64,000 nt of DNA from a virus (taxonomy: Duplodnaviria > Heunggongvirae > Uroviricota > Caudoviricetes). Below the pieces are notes generated by a model. The model was not told where the DNA came from and did no database searches. It saw only the letters and a list, made by a program, of their open reading frames with translations. Shown here piece after piece: positions 28,201-38,218 of this stretch. Both the position numbers and the translations under genes were made by a program. How positions within the stretch are numbered: position 1 is the first letter of the stretch; the number at the start of each line of letters is the position of its first letter. The stretch covers positions 1-64,000 of the IMG/VR virus record IMGVR_UViG_3300022871_000009; one strand, written 5' to 3'.

Positions 28201-30630
28201 AAAAAGATTAGTCAACTTTTCATTTGCTAAACGAGGATTATCTACTAATAGTGTCTCTCTAAATTCTCTAAGGAAAGCATTGAAGAGTGCTTTACCATCC
28301 CCTTCTAGTTCGTTTGTAGGTGCAGATGGAAGACCATCTTTACCTGTATATACCTCTCTGTCAGTAGGAAGATTTTCCATGGCCGCTTTAACTTTACTTT
28401 TTTTAGTTGTAGCGTATTTTTCATTTAAGGTCTTTGCCATCTTCCAACTTTCTGCACTTGTCTGAAGCATTACGTACGGCTCAGGAGTAAATGGTCCGTC
28501 TGTTCTTATTGTTGTAATCCTAGCAGGCAAAACTTCATAACCGCTCTCTTTCATGGCGTTTACAACTGCCTCATTGTTAAATTTAGGTTCTAGTGGGGGC
28601 ATGTTCTCCAGCTTTGGATTTTTTTTGTGGTAGTTATTCATCTTCACAATTCCTTCTTCTGTAGGCCACATCCCTAATTGATATATTTCACCTTCTTTTG
28701 TCCCAAACCATTGTATATTTTTTTCGTTATACTTATTATTTTTTTGTCTATTCAGTGATAACGGTCCTCTTACTTTTTTATTTATAGCTTTGACAAACTC
28801 TGGTTCGTTTCTTATTAATCCAAAAATCATGTCACCCGATTGGCCACCAGCATTTTTATAGGCAATAATATCTTTCGCTGTAGCCGGGTTTGTATGAGAT
28901 GCCACACCTGTATTTAGTATTGTTCCAGTCGGTTCACCTTTATATTCCCCTACACTAGAAGGTTCACGTTTAAATGCGTTGAATCCTTTGGTAAAATTAG
29001 CAGCATTACTTGGTATAGCTTGGAGCTCTGCTTCTGTTAGTTTATTTGTCCTTTGAAATATAGATTTTAAGTCTTTGAATTCTTCAAGTAGTTTTTCTTC
29101 TTTTCCTAAACCACCTTTATAAAGTTGTCTGCCAGAAATAATAACTTTTCCTATCTCAGTTGCTTGTTCAGTTGGACCGACATTATTTCTGATAGTTTTT
29201 ATTAAAGCCTGATTTTCGTTTACTATATCGTCTAGTGTAGGTTTAATCTTCGATGTTATACCATATTTATGTCTAAAATTTCTAGCTATGTTGTTAGTAG
29301 CTTCTTCCATTCTTTCTGTATATTTAACACGACCAATACCATGCATGCCTACCATAAATGCAGTATTAGTAAGCGCTTCCATTGGTGTTGCACCTTCCAA
29401 TGAGGATAAAATCCACGCACCAATTGCTAAGTCAGTATATCCTTTCAAGCTTTGCCCTGGCAAAGAAAGCATCCCACCCCAAGCAGCGTCTTTAAAAAAT
29501 CTTTGAACTCTAGCTTCAAAACCTTTTTCTTCTTGTTTAGAAAGTTGACCCATTGTAGTGAACACACCTGTGTTTGCAAGTGCTTTCAAAGCAGTATTCC
29601 TCTCTAGGGTTATTCCTCCAGCTTTAAACAATTCTCCTGTTTGCCCTAATTTTTTTAACCAAGCTGGTGCTCTTTTAGCTGTCTGCAATAATTCAGGAGT
29701 TGTCTTACCTGCAGTTGCCATCTTCCTAAGTCCCAAAAATGTTTTAGCTCCTTTAACTCCTTTTTCAAATCCTAAAGTGGCCTTGGCAGCTTTTCCAAGC
29801 AATCCATAACCTAAGACAAAAGAGGCAAGAGAGCCAACGACTTCCCCACCAACTCTGGCTAGGCCAGCTCTTTTTGCTTCTTCATCCGTCTTATAAGCTT
29901 CTTTATGGCCTTCAGCAGGTATATACCCTAGACTTATTCCAGATGCAACGCCTTGCGCTGCTTCACCAACCACACCCTTAGGACCTTCTTTGAATGATTT
30001 CCACCATTCTTTTATTCCTACTTTTTGTGGTTTTAGCCACTCGGAGGCTTTATTTTCCGCAGTAGCCAAATCAGTTTGACCTTTTTCATCTAGATATATG
30101 TCATCTACATTTCTGTCTTCCCAGTTAAGTTGCATTACACGTGCCTCATTTATTGTAATTTTATCGTTATAATATAAAGCTTGTGCTACAGCACCGACTT
30201 TAGTTTTTATTGCATGGTCAGCTTTTTTCAATACTACTTTGTTTTCGTTGCTATCTTCTCCCCCAGCCCACAAAGGTACAGTATGGTCTACTTCGTAGTT
30301 CCAACTTGGTAAACCACCTCTTAACATCGCAGTATTTGCTGGATTATCTTCTCGCCACTCTTTTATCAAATTTTGAGATTTACCTTTTTCAGTAACGAAT
30401 TTTCCACCTGACAGAGGTTTAACTTCAATATCTTCTATCGGTACTTCTTTTTGCATGGACCTTATATCCAAATTAAAAGGATTCTTCTGTGCATCTGCTT
30501 CTGTACCCAAAGACCCAGCGGATGAATTGCCGCTAGGCTGTGTATCAAAACCATACCTAGTCTTGATTTCTTGGAAATCAGTATTTAATCTACCGAGGAT
30601 TTCTGATAAATCTGGTTGTTTAAATTCCAT
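25234..30630 (-). CDS. 1798-aa Lys-rich virion-associated protein (tape-measure/ejection-protein candidate) with HNH-like motif and internal duplication
   Basis: HNH-like VDHTVPLWAGGEDSNENKVVLKKADH near the N-terminus. About 60-aa duplicated segment (DDIVNENQALIKTIRNN...GRQLYKGG versus NDIINENELLIKNIKKS...GRQLYKGE). Sits in the structural gene block. Confidence 0.5.
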   Translation of the reverse strand: MEFKQPDLSEILGRLNTDFQEIKTRYGFDTQPSGNSSAGSLGTEADAQKNPFNLDIRSMQKEVPIEDIEVKPLSGGKFVTEKGKSQNLIKEWREDNPANTAMLRGGLPSWNYEVDHTVPLWAGGEDSNENKVVLKKADHAIKTKVGAVAQALYYNDKITINEARVMQLNWEDRNVDDIYLDEKGQTDLATAENKASEWLKPQKVGIKEWWKSFKEGPKGVVGEAAQGVASGISLGYIPAEGHKEAYKTDEEAKRAGLARVGGEVVGSLASFVLGYGLLGKAAKATLGFEKGVKGAKTFLGLRKMATAGKTTPELLQTAKRAPAWLKKLGQTGELFKAGGITLERNTALKALANTGVFTTMGQLSKQEEKGFEARVQRFFKDAAWGGMLSLPGQSLKGYTDLAIGAWILSSLEGATPMEALTNTAFMVGMHGIGRVKYTERMEEATNNIARNFRHKYGITSKIKPTLDDIVNENQALIKTIRNNVGPTEQATEIGKVIISGRQLYKGGLGKEEKLLEEFKDLKSIFQRTNKLTEAELQAIPSNAANFTKGFNAFKREPSSVGEYKGEPTGTILNTGVASHTNPATAKDIIAYKNAGGQSGDMIFGLIRNEPEFVKAINKKVRGPLSLNRQKNNKYNEKNIQWFGTKEGEIYQLGMWPTEEGIVKMNNYHKKNPKLENMPPLEPKFNNEAVVNAMKESGYEVLPARITTIRTDGPFTPEPYVMLQTSAESWKMAKTLNEKYATTKKSKVKAAMENLPTDREVYTGKDGLPSAPTNELEGDGKALFNAFLREFRETLLVDNPRLANEKLTNLFGSYMNEATATTMLKNAKNIRIKDVVNTITKLKREGVLNSNGDGYYTLIMKRDGYLRKLPAEERAKLDNMYLFNDAELQGRPTRQATGEIAQNIQPEQPQLPMQDIPFKERFSKKMDAVKETAKVVEKKAKETAKKAIVGAKERFVTPKKALEKKVEAKETAKKAIASGREIKNEYKSDVIPKLTQNGDKTGKDQYVVFHKNNGETTKSSRFKTGEDIATKYQVEKDGKKSIVSVVSLKEAQKQYQTNDFSLLSERIVNPERGLNFKTKRYETVFVDELAKKGTFKTGETITLRHKSLDSKGTISETSGEVLGYVPGKVDRKKEKVISDEEVAILSNQEAQGGKLLIRKEDGTMDHIFSERIVDWKKRPKSAFNLKTKATGEESRSIAKKAITSSKERFEKFNKTKDKNPVDIAVPEESAGKKFKKAFEEKTQNWEKLPTLTKEKAKQEYNNKFSLIKEKLVKAEDTLFGGKNKASTEQKYERLIEIMNKNVDDIPVTTRYIPGNKTEKAILDFAERETLRKQLKNHLQEQKEYLKPFEMTDLEYSGGLGDNWLPEQQKKKYKVEFRKTDERMTVFVKPAGSSNKSAIPTEMLRINEKRENLLYKQLSELGKKVETANSKSDVAKNFRTKYGGKKKSDYTLNDIINENELLIKNIKKSVSPDKQAAEIKEVIASGRQLYKGEDMGSEFFKGIKDSISDWYKWLDRGGKKETWRHIEIDKPLGTLHKDDISVTKEFSQLSQLVNLERFDKLPKVLKNFVKSIKETYPNARIQVGTYARGGFTAKEKQVSDMLKDAKRRNIKMTEKQAQSKIEQFDMYEAVRKFTAGPQNKTELEKLGVEYKKLSGSDKAAIDRWDETGKKEFLPDWVSEKIERKWLEDRQSWENTNDMVIRAEIGESTGDSAFVKTSRELEEVQFNSLTWFLEALTQKDVTKEEARILAKKASYMFIQDVKNNMRQGADKKWYSGKTPLYTMLLGTLGAMTAGLSSKKEE

Positions 30631-30634
30631 AATT

Positions 30635-32986
30635 TTATAAGCTTAACATGCTGTTCGCTATATTTGATGAAAGAGAATTTAGTAAATCGTTGTCACTTAG
30701 GGCAAGTAGGTTGGTGAATGTATTTTTAGGTTCTGTGCCATCTGCTACTTGGGAAACGTGAAAATCAAACAATGGGTATGCCCAATCCCCTAGTTCTCCT
30801 TTGTAACTATCCATAAATGACTGTTTGTCAGAGCTTGTTTTAGCTTTCCCCCAACCAGTACCTGATAAATTCTTCATAGCGTCTCTCAATTTACTAACTT
30901 TGTTCTCCATTCCTGCAAAATACTCTTTCATACCGCCAGTAATAGCTCCTCCTACAATAGAGCTGAAGTTTGACCAATCTCTGTCCAATTCCGCAAATGA
31001 CACCTCGTCTTTTTCCTCTATAGCAGTTGTCAAATAATCTCTGTAAACTTTTGTATACTTTCCAAGTTCGTCAACAAAGTTTCCCGTGCTAGCTTTTTCT
31101 TGAATATTTTTTGCACTGATACTATTAAACTTAAATTTGACATCCTCTCTTGGAAGACTGTACGCATCTGCTCTATTAGCAACTACATATGGGTCATATG
31201 ACTCGAAGTACATAGTGCCGTCCTCATTTTCTGTGACACCTAGTATGCTTTTAGTCATTTCGTTAAAACTAATAGTTTTGTAATCTGTTTTTACCCCAGA
31301 CAACTCTGCCGTTAGGGCGTAGTTTTTAAGTGTATTAGCGACTTGGGTTGCTTCAGCGTTAGCTACTTCGTATTCCCATCTTATATCATCTCTCGCTGCT
31401 TCTGTCTTTCCTTCTACGTTTGTATACATCTCTCCTAGCATATTACGAAGATTCTGATACGACTCAGCTGTAATCGCGGATTCGTCTTGGTACAAAGCTT
31501 CAGCTTTTTGATAAGAAGATTCATATAGATTTTGAGCAGCTTGCATTTGGTCATTATAATAACTGACTGAGGTATTAGCGAAATCGATGTAATTCTGTGT
31601 TTGACGTCCCTTGAGCATTGTTAGGTAAGTAGTGTAGTTGCCCATTCTTTTTGCAATGTGAGGATTAGACAAATCCATACTAACTGCGAGGTCTTTTGCT
31701 TGTTCAAGCATCCCATCAATTTTACCTAGGTACTCATCTTTACCTCTAATGTATGATTTGACATCTTTTTCTAATGTTAAACCTTGATTTTGTAAACTAG
31801 TCAACCTTGCCAATTGGGTATCTAGTTGGAAAGCAGTTTTTGTTTCGTCTCTCAATTGTTTTAGCTGGTCTGATAACAATCCAGAAGTAGGCATTGAGTC
31901 TATTACTTCCTGTGGAAGATTGAGATTTTTAAGTATCTCTTTATTACCTAACGCCATGGTTATCCATGTTTCAGCTCCTAACCCTAGTGTTACTGCATCA
32001 TAAATATCTGCAACTCTTGTCCTAGTTGCAGAGTCAAGACCATTAAACCAGGCTGCCCTCTCATTAACGTCCATGTTGTTTATAGCATCGTAGTTGGCGC
32101 TCTCGATTTGTAATTGTTGTTCAGGAGTAAGCTCTTCAGGATTTTCAATTGCATCTTCAACAAACATTTCTCCTGTCTCTGGGTCAGCTACTATTATAGC
32201 AGGTTTGTTCGATACTTCTGCTTCAGGTGAATCACTTGGCATTAACTTCCCTAACCATCTAGTCAGAGGTGTATCCATTGTTGGCATGTTCATCTTCTCA
32301 ATTTCAAATTTAGGTCTATCCTCACTAAATGCCGCATCCCAAAGATTTCTTTTTGTTTGATTGTTGGTTCTGATAGCTTCTACTCCTACGTCCAATAAGG
32401 CTTTTGCATCCCCGCCAATTTCTTCCCTGACTAAAGAGGGAATCTTTGACATATTATTAAGGGCTTTTGCTGTCCAGTTATATGCATCACCTGCCCTCGA
32501 GGTATTGTTTATTTGAGGCACCATGCCCATTAGGCTAAAAGCACTCTTTACAGGGGCACCGGGGATTAATGACGTTTCGGGGGAACCAACGAGGTGGTCG
32601 ATAGTTTTTATAAATTTAGTTTGCTTAGGCGGGATTGGCGCTGTAACATCAGGAGCCACTGACGTGGGGGCTGGTTGTGGAGCATTCTCTATTCTAGGTC
32701 CAGCTGCAGCAGGAGCTGCAGATTGGGATGGAGTCATAAAACTGTTAAATGGCGAAGAAGCTTGAGAGCTATAACCAGGTCCACCCATACCATCAGGAAT
32801 TCCAGAATTTCTTTGGTTCGTCATCAATATAGACCTAAGTACGGATTTCGCCTTGGTCCTTTTAGTACTACCGATAGGCGCTTTCCAAGCTTCGGATAAT
32901 ACATTTGAGAGTTTTTTATTCCCCATCAAAGTTTTTAAAGCTGTAGATTTTGCCGTATTCAATTGTTTATTTGCATCTGGAATCAT
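30635..32986 (-). CDS. hypothetical virion protein (783 aa) with Pro/Ala-rich C-terminal region
   Basis: ORF in the structural block. Confidence 0.45.
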   Translation of the reverse strand: MIPDANKQLNTAKSTALKTLMGNKKLSNVLSEAWKAPIGSTKRTKAKSVLRSILMTNQRNSGIPDGMGGPGYSSQASSPFNSFMTPSQSAAPAAAGPRIENAPQPAPTSVAPDVTAPIPPKQTKFIKTIDHLVGSPETSLIPGAPVKSAFSLMGMVPQINNTSRAGDAYNWTAKALNNMSKIPSLVREEIGGDAKALLDVGVEAIRTNNQTKRNLWDAAFSEDRPKFEIEKMNMPTMDTPLTRWLGKLMPSDSPEAEVSNKPAIIVADPETGEMFVEDAIENPEELTPEQQLQIESANYDAINNMDVNERAAWFNGLDSATRTRVADIYDAVTLGLGAETWITMALGNKEILKNLNLPQEVIDSMPTSGLLSDQLKQLRDETKTAFQLDTQLARLTSLQNQGLTLEKDVKSYIRGKDEYLGKIDGMLEQAKDLAVSMDLSNPHIAKRMGNYTTYLTMLKGRQTQNYIDFANTSVSYYNDQMQAAQNLYESSYQKAEALYQDESAITAESYQNLRNMLGEMYTNVEGKTEAARDDIRWEYEVANAEATQVANTLKNYALTAELSGVKTDYKTISFNEMTKSILGVTENEDGTMYFESYDPYVVANRADAYSLPREDVKFKFNSISAKNIQEKASTGNFVDELGKYTKVYRDYLTTAIEEKDEVSFAELDRDWSNFSSIVGGAITGGMKEYFAGMENKVSKLRDAMKNLSGTGWGKAKTSSDKQSFMDSYKGELGDWAYPLFDFHVSQVADGTEPKNTFTNLLALSDNDLLNSLSSNIANSMLSL

Positions 32987-32992
32987 ATTTAT

Positions 32993-33637
32993 TTAGTTTA
33001 AAAATCTAGTAGGATTAATATATTTATTGTACATATCTACCACTCTGTAATCTAAGTGACTTCCAGTTCCTCCACTATTACTATAAGTAGACCCGGTATT
33101 TCCCATTGTACCATAAAGCTGTCCTCTCTTAAGAGTATCTCCAGCTTTAACGTAAGCTTGGTTGAGATGGCTATACCTGTGTAGATTCCCATCTGCATCT
33201 TTTACTAAAACATAATTGCCATATCCTTTATCTCCCTGTTTTTTTCCTGACATAATTCCAGTTACTGTACCTCCGACTGTGGAGTAAAGAGGTGTTCCTA
33301 TCTTGTTTCCAATATCAATACCAGGGTGAACTTTTTCAAACTTAGTTGAACCTTCATAAGGCACAGAAACAGTACCTACGTTAGGGACGGATGACCCATA
33401 TTTTAGAGCTACCTGCTTAGAAAGTCCCCCATATTTACTTGTATCAAAAGCTTTAGGAGAAATCCTCGATTGAGGCATTCCAGTAGGTGCTGCTTGTGGT
33501 TGTTGCTGTGGTTTCTGTTTAGGCAAAGATTGTCCAATCCTAATAGCAGCCGCAGCCATTGGCTGTATAGCTCCGCTCAGATTATTGTAAGATGTTTTTT
33601 GCGATAGTGCCATATTTTTATTATTATAAGTAGCCAA
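32993..33637 (-). CDS. M23-family peptidase (peptidoglycan endopeptidase)
   Basis: HPGIDIG (HxxxD) ... GNTGSTYSNSGGTGSHLDY (HxH) M23 signature. Confidence 0.75.
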   Translation of the reverse strand: MATYNNKNMALSQKTSYNNLSGAIQPMAAAAIRIGQSLPKQKPQQQPQAAPTGMPQSRISPKAFDTSKYGGLSKQVALKYGSSVPNVGTVSVPYEGSTKFEKVHPGIDIGNKIGTPLYSTVGGTVTGIMSGKKQGDKGYGNYVLVKDADGNLHRYSHLNQAYVKAGDTLKRGQLYGTMGNTGSTYSNSGGTGSHLDYRVVDMYNKYINPTRFLN

Positions 33638-35837
33638 TCTTAGAGCCTTCTGGCGCAGCGCCTAAGCTCTTGTATTTTCTCTTGGTTGTTAAATAATCAA
33701 CTTGACTTTGAGGAACCACTCTTTTTCTTCCATCTCTTTCTAAAAGAGAATAATTGGAAGTGTTAGTTGGTACTTTTGTATTTTTAGTTACTGGTATTTC
33801 TGGGGTCTTTTGATTTTCAAGTGAATTCATAGTAGGCATTTTATAAGTTTGTCCAGCGTTTATCTGGTCTGGATTCTTTATAGTTGCAGCATTAGCTTTT
33901 TGTATCGCGTCTACTGTCGTTCCATATTTTCTTGCTAAAGCTGATAAAGTATCTCCTGATTGAACCTTATAATCAGAATAAGAAGGAGTTTCTGATTGTG
34001 ATTGAGATTGTTGTTGAGATTGTGAATCTTGAGTTCCTATTTCATTCGGAGACTTGTACCCTTGAGGTGCATCTTGGTAAATAGTTTCTTCAAATGTCTC
34101 AACAGGTGTTTCAGTGGTTGTGTCACCAGGTGTATCTCCATATATAGACCCTTCTGGGATATGACTAGAAAGACCATCAATCTTTGTAAAAGCTGCTCCA
34201 GCTTTCTCTGCCTCTCTTGCTTTTTGTGCCATGAGCATTTGTTGTTGATAGCCTGTTTTCTCTGTTGAGTAGTCGAATTTTTTAGCATACATGGTCTTAT
34301 ATATCTGGCTTCTATAATTACCAGATTCATCAAGCATCGTGTCATGTACTAATTTTATCTCTTCATCAGACATATCTGGGTAGAGTTGTTTTAGATTGTC
34401 TATATTATAAAATTGCTTAGTTTCATCACTAGGAATAAGTCCCCAATCTTTAGCAGTTTGTGGGTCTTTACTAATAAAATCTTGTATTTCTTCAGGTGTT
34501 CCAGCAGTCAACAAGTGATTTCTGTGTGCTGATTGCTCTTCATCTAACTTAGTTTCACGCAATATTTCATTACTACTTCTTACATCAGAAAGATAATTAT
34601 CCATGGCTTTGTTAAATAAACCACTTTGGCCAACTCCACGTTGCCCAAAAGAAGACGTCATTTCTTGGAACTGACCCCAAGCGCTTTTAGCATCAGCAGA
34701 TAACCTTAGACCATAAGTTTTTTCTAGGTCTTTTCTAAATGTATCCCATTGATTTTGTGCCAAAGCAGCATCTTGTTCAGTTTGGGATTCAGCTTGTTGC
34801 ATCATGATGTCATACCATGCTGCTTGTATCTTTTCTGCCTCTTCTTTAAATTCTGGAGAAGTCCAATCAACAGGTTCAACTAGAGTCTTAAAAGCTTCAG
34901 CAGGAATTTGAAAAAGGGGATTATTAAATAATTCACTATCAAATCCAGCAAGGTCCATAGGAGGCATTAGATTAGCGTCAGCACGAGATTTTTGACCATC
35001 AGTAGTTTTAGCCCATTGTTCGGCTGGGGCTGTTTCATGAATACCCTTAATATCATTATAAACAGCATTGCCCTGGTTAGACAATTCTACTGCTTTTATG
35101 TCTCTATATACATCAGCTAAATTGTACCCTCCATATGTCATTGCATTTACGTATTTTGCAAGTTGGCCATCATCCATCACAGTTTCATTAAAAGTTTCTT
35201 GAGATATAGCTCCACTATTTTTTAAATCTGTTAATTTAAAACTTATCAAACTTGCTGCCAACTTCTCGTACGATGAGTCTTTTTTTGTCTGTCCATATAA
35301 ACCTACAAGTCCACTTAAATTAGATTTCGTTTGTGGCTCTTTTAGAGCAGTTCCGTCTGACCTTACTTGATATTCAGGTCCTAGCCATAGACCTTCAAAA
35401 ACATCCTGATGAGCATCCCTAACTGTTGTCTCAAGCTCATTTATATTATCAGTGACATCTTTCGGGTTTAGATTAAAATAATTTGCTACAGCTTCTATAG
35501 ATTCAAATGGACGATATTCTTTGTTCCCTTGGTCAAATACCCAAAGAGTTCCACTATTATCATCAGTGAAATCTATGATTGCCAAGTTAGCCCCTCTAAA
35601 CTCAAATCGGTACATACTTGGGTCAAATGGTGCAGGGACTTCTGTAGATTCGATAGTTTTCCCATCTTTGTCAGTTTCAGGTTCTGCTGACATAGCTACT
35701 TTCTCTCCAGGTTGTATCATACCTGGATTAGCTTGATATTGGGGATTCAATGCTAACAACTGAGACACTGTTATGCCATTTGCTTTCGCAATTTTCCACA
35801 AAGAGTCGCCTTGTTGTACTGTATATTCTGTAGGCAT
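33624..35837 (-). CDS. protein with N- and C-terminal LysM domains
   Basis: YTVQQGDSLWKIAKANGITVSQLLALNP and YKVQSGDTLSALARKYGTTVDAIQKAN match the LysM consensus. Confidence 0.7.
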   Translation of the reverse strand: MPTEYTVQQGDSLWKIAKANGITVSQLLALNPQYQANPGMIQPGEKVAMSAEPETDKDGKTIESTEVPAPFDPSMYRFEFRGANLAIIDFTDDNSGTLWVFDQGNKEYRPFESIEAVANYFNLNPKDVTDNINELETTVRDAHQDVFEGLWLGPEYQVRSDGTALKEPQTKSNLSGLVGLYGQTKKDSSYEKLAASLISFKLTDLKNSGAISQETFNETVMDDGQLAKYVNAMTYGGYNLADVYRDIKAVELSNQGNAVYNDIKGIHETAPAEQWAKTTDGQKSRADANLMPPMDLAGFDSELFNNPLFQIPAEAFKTLVEPVDWTSPEFKEEAEKIQAAWYDIMMQQAESQTEQDAALAQNQWDTFRKDLEKTYGLRLSADAKSAWGQFQEMTSSFGQRGVGQSGLFNKAMDNYLSDVRSSNEILRETKLDEEQSAHRNHLLTAGTPEEIQDFISKDPQTAKDWGLIPSDETKQFYNIDNLKQLYPDMSDEEIKLVHDTMLDESGNYRSQIYKTMYAKKFDYSTEKTGYQQQMLMAQKAREAEKAGAAFTKIDGLSSHIPEGSIYGDTPGDTTTETPVETFEETIYQDAPQGYKSPNEIGTQDSQSQQQSQSQSETPSYSDYKVQSGDTLSALARKYGTTVDAIQKANAATIKNPDQINAGQTYKMPTMNSLENQKTPEIPVTKNTKVPTNTSNYSLLERDGRKRVVPQSQVDYLTTKRKYKSLGAAPEGSKIGYL

Positions 35838-35839
35838 AT

Positions 35840-36259
35840 TTAATTTTTATTAGTTTTTAATATTTTAATTTCAGTAACTAGTCCATCTATCTGCTGCTGC
35901 ATATCATTGCACCTGTTAGCAAACAAGAGATAAAGGTCTTGTTTACTTTCGTACATTCCTATCATCTGTCCTTCTCTGATTTCTTTCGGTTTGAGTCCAA
36001 GTGTTGGTAATTCTTTCGGTGGAGTAACTCTTTTTCTGTCAACTAATTCTGCTTCTGGCATATCGTCTAAAGGGTCAAAAGTTTCAGGGTCAAAGTCTTC
36101 AGTTGTTTTAGGATTCATCATTCCATCTATGAATGAGTCATAAGCTACCTTCCTTTCTTGGAGGGGTTTATCTTTATCTGCAAAAACTTTTTCTAAATTT
36201 TCTGAATCTTGTCTCATATTATAATACTCCTGATAAATCAAATTGACCTTTCCATCCAT
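35840..36259 (-). CDS. hypothetical protein
   Basis: 139-aa ORF. Confidence 0.4.
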   Translation of the reverse strand: MDGKVNLIYQEYYNMRQDSENLEKVFADKDKPLQERKVAYDSFIDGMMNPKTTEDFDPETFDPLDDMPEAELVDRKRVTPPKELPTLGLKPKEIREGQMIGMYESKQDLYLLFANRCNDMQQQIDGLVTEIKILKTNKN

Positions 36260-38216
36260 TTATATAGCCCCTGAATCCTTTTGTAGAACCATCATAATAA
36301 AGTATCTGACCGCTGGATGATGGATTATATGTGTAACCAGTCTGTAAATAAACTTTTTGTACGTAGATTGAGTCCCAATAATACGATGATGAACCTAAAT
36401 CGTAAATGCTACTAGAAGACGGTCTAAAATCTTGATGACTCTCTACATAACCTTGATATCTGTCATACAAATCATCCACATAAATTCTACTAGCACTTAC
36501 TCCATACCAATATTTAGAGGTAGTTCCTAAATTGTATGTCCCTGAAGATGAAGGGAATAAATCATCATGTAGATTTATATACCCCAAACCGTCCTCGTCA
36601 TACAAATCTTTGACATAAAGTGTCTTAGTATGTGCGTAATATATATATCCATAGTCGAAATATGTTGAAGTAAATCCATTTCCCAAATAGACTGTTCCAG
36701 AACCAGGATATAATGATTGTACGTTTGAACCTCCCAAGTATGCCCATGTAGCCGAACCATCTGAGCTATATTTTAAAAATTGACTACTAGAACCTCCAGA
36801 AGGTACGTGCTTATAACCGGAACTAGTCAAATGACTTATTGTACCACTAGTGGTAATTGTTCCGCCTGTGATAGCTCCTGACGTGGCTACAGAGGTTACT
36901 GAGCCGCTTCCTACCGGAGAGCCATTATACCAGAGTGCTCCACCGTTATCATATGCATAACCAGTTCCACCCAAATAAAGTCTTGACCAATATTGCGTAT
37001 TATTTCCTAAATATTTTCCTGTAGCATTCGGTCTTAAATTATTAAAAGATACAATATCAGAACTTGCTCCAGCGATGAATTTTATGTCGCCACCAGTAGT
37101 ATCCGCGTGATAGGTACTAAGCGTTAAATCACCAACATCAACTACAACTAAAGCATCAAAACTTGTTCCGACAGTGTATCCAGTTCCCGCCGAACTCATT
37201 GCAATTAAGTTTATATCAGCAACAGATGTTTGTAGAGAACTTGCGTATGACACTCCAGCCACAGCCTCTAACCCCTGAAATACGCCAACGATAGCATTAG
37301 CAGCATTGTAGATTGTTATCTTATTGCTTGCCATTACTACACGTTGTCCTGACGATGCTGTTTGAACCGTACCACCTGTAATGGTAGTACTTGTGACAGT
37401 AGAAGCAGAAATTGCCCCAGCAAATGTAGCATTTCCATTAGTAGCATCAATAGAGAATGTAACTGACCCAGCATTCGCCCCGACAATTCCTTTTCTGTAA
37501 ACCACCACACCAGAACCTCCTGTCACTGCACCAGTAGAGGTATTCCATGCTATGCTTCCAGCTTTAACTGCTCCAGCGTAATTTGTTGTACCAAAGTTGA
37601 AATCAGATAAAATCTTTTTTGAGCTAGTGTCTAATCTTACATTAATTAAATCAGTAATTAGTATTGCGCTAGCGTTTATAGCATCAGCCAAAGCTTGGCC
37701 GCTTCTGCCGTGAATATGAACAGATGAAAACGCAGCGTCGCCGCTCTTCAAAATGTAAGCATCTGCATTAGCATGGTCGGAGGCCCAGTCTGAAACTGTA
37801 CAACCCCACCATGTGTCACCGGTTACTGCTACATGGAAGCTATCAGAAGTTGTATCTGCATCTGGGATATTTATAGCACTCGCTTGAATTGTGCCTTCAA
37901 TTACAGCATTACTAGCATAGAAATCTCTACATTCGATATATCCACTGAGCCCATCTATCAGGAAGCCACGTGCCTTTGGTTGATAATTCTTTGATTTAAT
38001 CCAAGAACCTATCCATAGATTTTCGAAACTCTCACCCTCTAATGCACTACTCGCTATCTGACTTGGGTCTGATACAGCTAAATTCTGAGCAGCCAAAGCG
38101 CCCTCAAGGTTTAAATTGGGGTCAGCTTCTCCTGGAAGTATAGATTCAGACCTCTCAAGTGAGTTGTCATAAGGGCTATCTATACCTGTGTAGTTGTAAT
38201 CATTTGCTGTCCCCAT
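36219..38216 (-). CDS. tail-fibre-like protein
   Basis: Gly/Ser/Thr/Ala-rich, beta-rich composition. C-terminal repeated DLYD...PSSS..Y.LG..S.YW modules. Confidence 0.45.
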   Translation of the reverse strand: MGTANDYNYTGIDSPYDNSLERSESILPGEADPNLNLEGALAAQNLAVSDPSQIASSALEGESFENLWIGSWIKSKNYQPKARGFLIDGLSGYIECRDFYASNAVIEGTIQASAINIPDADTTSDSFHVAVTGDTWWGCTVSDWASDHANADAYILKSGDAAFSSVHIHGRSGQALADAINASAILITDLINVRLDTSSKKILSDFNFGTTNYAGAVKAGSIAWNTSTGAVTGGSGVVVYRKGIVGANAGSVTFSIDATNGNATFAGAISASTVTSTTITGGTVQTASSGQRVVMASNKITIYNAANAIVGVFQGLEAVAGVSYASSLQTSVADINLIAMSSAGTGYTVGTSFDALVVVDVGDLTLSTYHADTTGGDIKFIAGASSDIVSFNNLRPNATGKYLGNNTQYWSRLYLGGTGYAYDNGGALWYNGSPVGSGSVTSVATSGAITGGTITTSGTISHLTSSGYKHVPSGGSSSQFLKYSSDGSATWAYLGGSNVQSLYPGSGTVYLGNGFTSTYFDYGYIYYAHTKTLYVKDLYDEDGLGYINLHDDLFPSSSGTYNLGTTSKYWYGVSASRIYVDDLYDRYQGYVESHQDFRPSSSSIYDLGSSSYYWDSIYVQKVYLQTGYTYNPSSSGQILYYDGSTKGFRGYINGWKGQFDLSGVL

Positions 38217-38218
38217 AA

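Noticed and set aside
25460-30640. Numerous plus-strand ORFs (60-160 aa) across 25.4-30.6 kb
   Set aside because: All are internal to the 1798-aa minus-strand gene. They have hydrophobic, low-complexity, shadow-like compositions.
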